Shown here: piece by piece, positions 62,344 through 64,000 of the stretch
Layout of the letters: every line of letters begins with the position of its first letter
How positions within the stretch are numbered: the stretch's first letter is position 1
Virus record (IMG/VR): IMGVR_UViG_3300032287_003869
Location: 1 to 64,000 of that record
DNA: 64,000 nt
Reading direction: 5' to 3' (one strand)
Source: a virus
Made by a program: the position numbers and the translations under genes
Notes under the pieces: model-generated
Told to the model about the DNA's origin: nothing
The model's database searches: none
The model's input: the letters and a program-made list of their open reading frames with translations, nothing else

Positions 62344-63140
62344 GGGTTAAAGTATTTGTTTTCCAGTTCAACTTCATTATCAAAAGGTGTCCAATAATTT
62401 TGACCCTTTCTTCTTAAAAGAACATTGAAAAGAAAATCATGCCACATCTTGCAATCGTCTTTATGTATATTCCAAAGAATATTCTTATTGTATTCCAATT
62501 CGGGCGATTGGTTGGAAGAAACTTCTTCATGCATTATGTGGAAAAGCATTGGAGGCCATTTGTTACAAAAATCGCAATTTCCTATTTTTTTCATTATAGT
62601 TGCATAATGAACATCCCATCCACTTATTGCATAAATGTATTTTGGAAATTCATTTTTATGTTTTTTCCACCATTCTGTTTTTACAGCATATGCATCGAAT
62701 CCCGCCACTTGATAATGAGAAATTTCTTTAGGCTGCTCATCTATAGATGATATGTCACCAATTGCCAATCTTGCTGCACAGTAGGTATCGAAATTTGTAT
62801 TTAAAATATGTTTTATAAATCTATCAGAAATAATAATATCCGAATTTACAAAAATAAACATATCGATATCATTTTGGTCGGAATATTCGCAAAGAACATT
62901 AAACATGTCATGTATCATTGGTAAATCCCTATCAAAACCATTAGTATAGGATTTGCTATGTTCTGTTAATTTTGGAAGAAAAACAATATCATCATTTTTT
63001 TGTGGATTTTCAGAACCCTCAAAATCCATGTTTAAAAGAGTCAATCCAAATTGTTTTTTTAATTTTAAAAGACTTTTTTGAGAAATTTCAACCCTTTTAT
63101 TCAACGGGTAGTGTAAATTAAATCCAATGGCAATTCTCAC
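62340..63140 (-). CDS. putative glycosyltransferase (GT-A)
   Basis: FVNSDI, GFD, WD and H..HE motifs; located in the glycan cluster. Confidence 0.6.
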   Translation of the reverse strand: MRIAIGFNLHYPLNKRVEISQKSLLKLKKQFGLTLLNMDFEGSENPQKNDDIVFLPKLTEHSKSYTNGFDRDLPMIHDMFNVLCEYSDQNDIDMFIFVNSDIIISDRFIKHILNTNFDTYCAARLAIGDISSIDEQPKEISHYQVAGFDAYAVKTEWWKKHKNEFPKYIYAISGWDVHYATIMKKIGNCDFCNKWPPMLFHIMHEEVSSNQSPELEYNKNILWNIHKDDCKMWHDFLFNVLLRRKGQNYWTPFDNEVELENKYFNP

Positions 63141-63162
63141 GAATAAGATTTATTCAAACTCG

Positions 63163-63760
63163 TTATGTTTTCAATCCAAAAAAATAATCATTATGAGTGC
63201 CATCCCAATTAGGATTGTTTAGAGGATTATAGTTGGTAACATTTTCTAAACACTCATATCCGAAAAAAGAAAGATAATCAAATATTTCTTTTTTATCTTT
63301 TTCATATATCTCTATTAACATGAAAGATATTTGTTTTTTTGTGAGATCTATTCCCTTGAGAACTTCCAACTCGTAACCCTCAACGTCCAATGAAAGAAAA
63401 TCTATTTTATTAAATCCGCTTTCATCTATTATAGATTGCAATGTTCTTGCTTTAACTGAAACTAAATTTGAATCATTAAGCCTATGCCCACCAACAGAAG
63501 ACATCGCGTGTCCATTAAAATTTCCCAAAACTTCATTTTTTTTTATAATCAAAAGAAACACAAGCACTATTAAAAATTTTATTATTCGGTCTAGTTTTTA
63601 AGCAAGCATCATATCCTACAAAAGACGGCTCAATCAATATTCCACTCCATCCAAAATCATCTTCCAGCCATTTTGTATTGGATTGAAACGCTCCATCATT
63701 CGCTCCAAGTTCAATGTAAGCCCCGTTTCTGAAATCCAAAGACTGCTTGTAAATTGACAT
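63163..63760 (-). pseudogene. FkbM methyltransferase split by a 1-nt frameshift in an A9 tract
   Basis: The 5' part has ELGANDG/LIEP and the 3' part has IDFLSLDVEGYE; deleting one A at 63536-63544 gives a 198-aa protein. Confidence 0.8.
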
Positions 63761-63777
63761 TAAGAATAGTTAAGCAA

Positions 63778-63999
63778 TCAAGCACAACTTTCAACCATCT
63801 TCGCTTCTTGCTCTCTTCTTTTAAGAAGACCATCCAAGCCCTTGCCTTCCCAAAGTCTTTTCATGCTTCTGATTTCTCTAGCAATTCCTTTGTAATCTTT
63901 ATTGGCAACCAAATCTCTGATATTAACCATTTCCACTCTCGATGGCCCTTTAGTTGATGTTCCTCTATTGAAAGCGATACTGACCAATCCTATTTGTGC
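63778..63999 (-). CDS. lysozyme-like endolysin, C-terminal part (5' end outside the window)
   Basis: Frame open to the window edge: LVSIAFNRG...W...GLLKRREQEA, a GH24/pesticin-like C-terminus. Confidence 0.65.
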   Translation of the reverse strand, partial: AQIGLVSIAFNRGTSTKGPSRVEMVNIRDLVANKDYKGIAREIRSMKRLWEGKGLDGLLKRREQEAKMVESCA

Positions 64000-64000
64000 C

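Noticed and set aside
491-62750. Many 60-135-aa ORFs antisense to or nested in longer genes (e.g. 491, 3620, 9006, 17222, 26630, 28682, 45331, 55014)
   Set aside because: Shadow frames of well-supported genes, with F/S/L/I-rich composition and no motifs or promoters.
63778-63999. Host assignment from the endolysin type or promoter style
   Set aside because: Lipoproteins and sigma70-like promoters indicate a bacterial host, but nothing in the window fixes the taxon without a database search.
1-64000. tRNA, rRNA or tmRNA genes
   Set aside because: Intergenic gaps are almost all under 60 nt and I saw no cloverleaf or T-loop signature; tRNAscan/Infernal would be needed to exclude them formally.

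Overview
A 64-kb, AT-rich, gene-dense segment of a large T4-like (myovirus-type) phage genome in the standard genetic code. 1-14.7 kb: early accessory genes, mostly on the minus strand (RNA ligase, metallophosphoesterase, Cx5R phosphatase, DNA methyltransferase, two deaminases, exonuclease, many small hypotheticals). 14.7-47 kb: the T4-type replication/recombination core (gp62, gp61, gp45, gp32, gp41, ThyX, UvsX, gp43, gp46/47, gp55, UvsW, UvsY), with late genes (portal gp20, gp14, gp15, GroES-like) scattered through it. 46.6-57.4 kb: a block of late genes. 57.5-64 kb: a glycosyltransferase/FkbM cluster and the end of a lysozyme-like gene. Main observations: (1) 18 otherwise unrelated late proteins share an N-terminal leader, usually ending in [I/L/V]-[L/T/M]-E, that looks like a T4-style capsid-targeting/prohead-protease signal. 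Their cargo domains include an ADP-ribosyltransferase-like domain, a retropepsin-like protease, a ParB-like domain, and a four-gene set of two different peptidoglycan hydrolases, a membrane protein and a cell-wall-binding protein, suggesting a modular head-packaged injected-protein system. (2) uvsX/recA is a fractured gene: a naturally split intein (basic IntN, acidic IntC) with a free-standing Vsr-like endonuclease and its own late promoter between the halves. (3) Both promoter classes (sigma70-like and TAAATA late) very often sit 5-7 nt from the start codon, implying widespread leaderless mRNAs. All family assignments come from motif recognition by eye; no searches were run.
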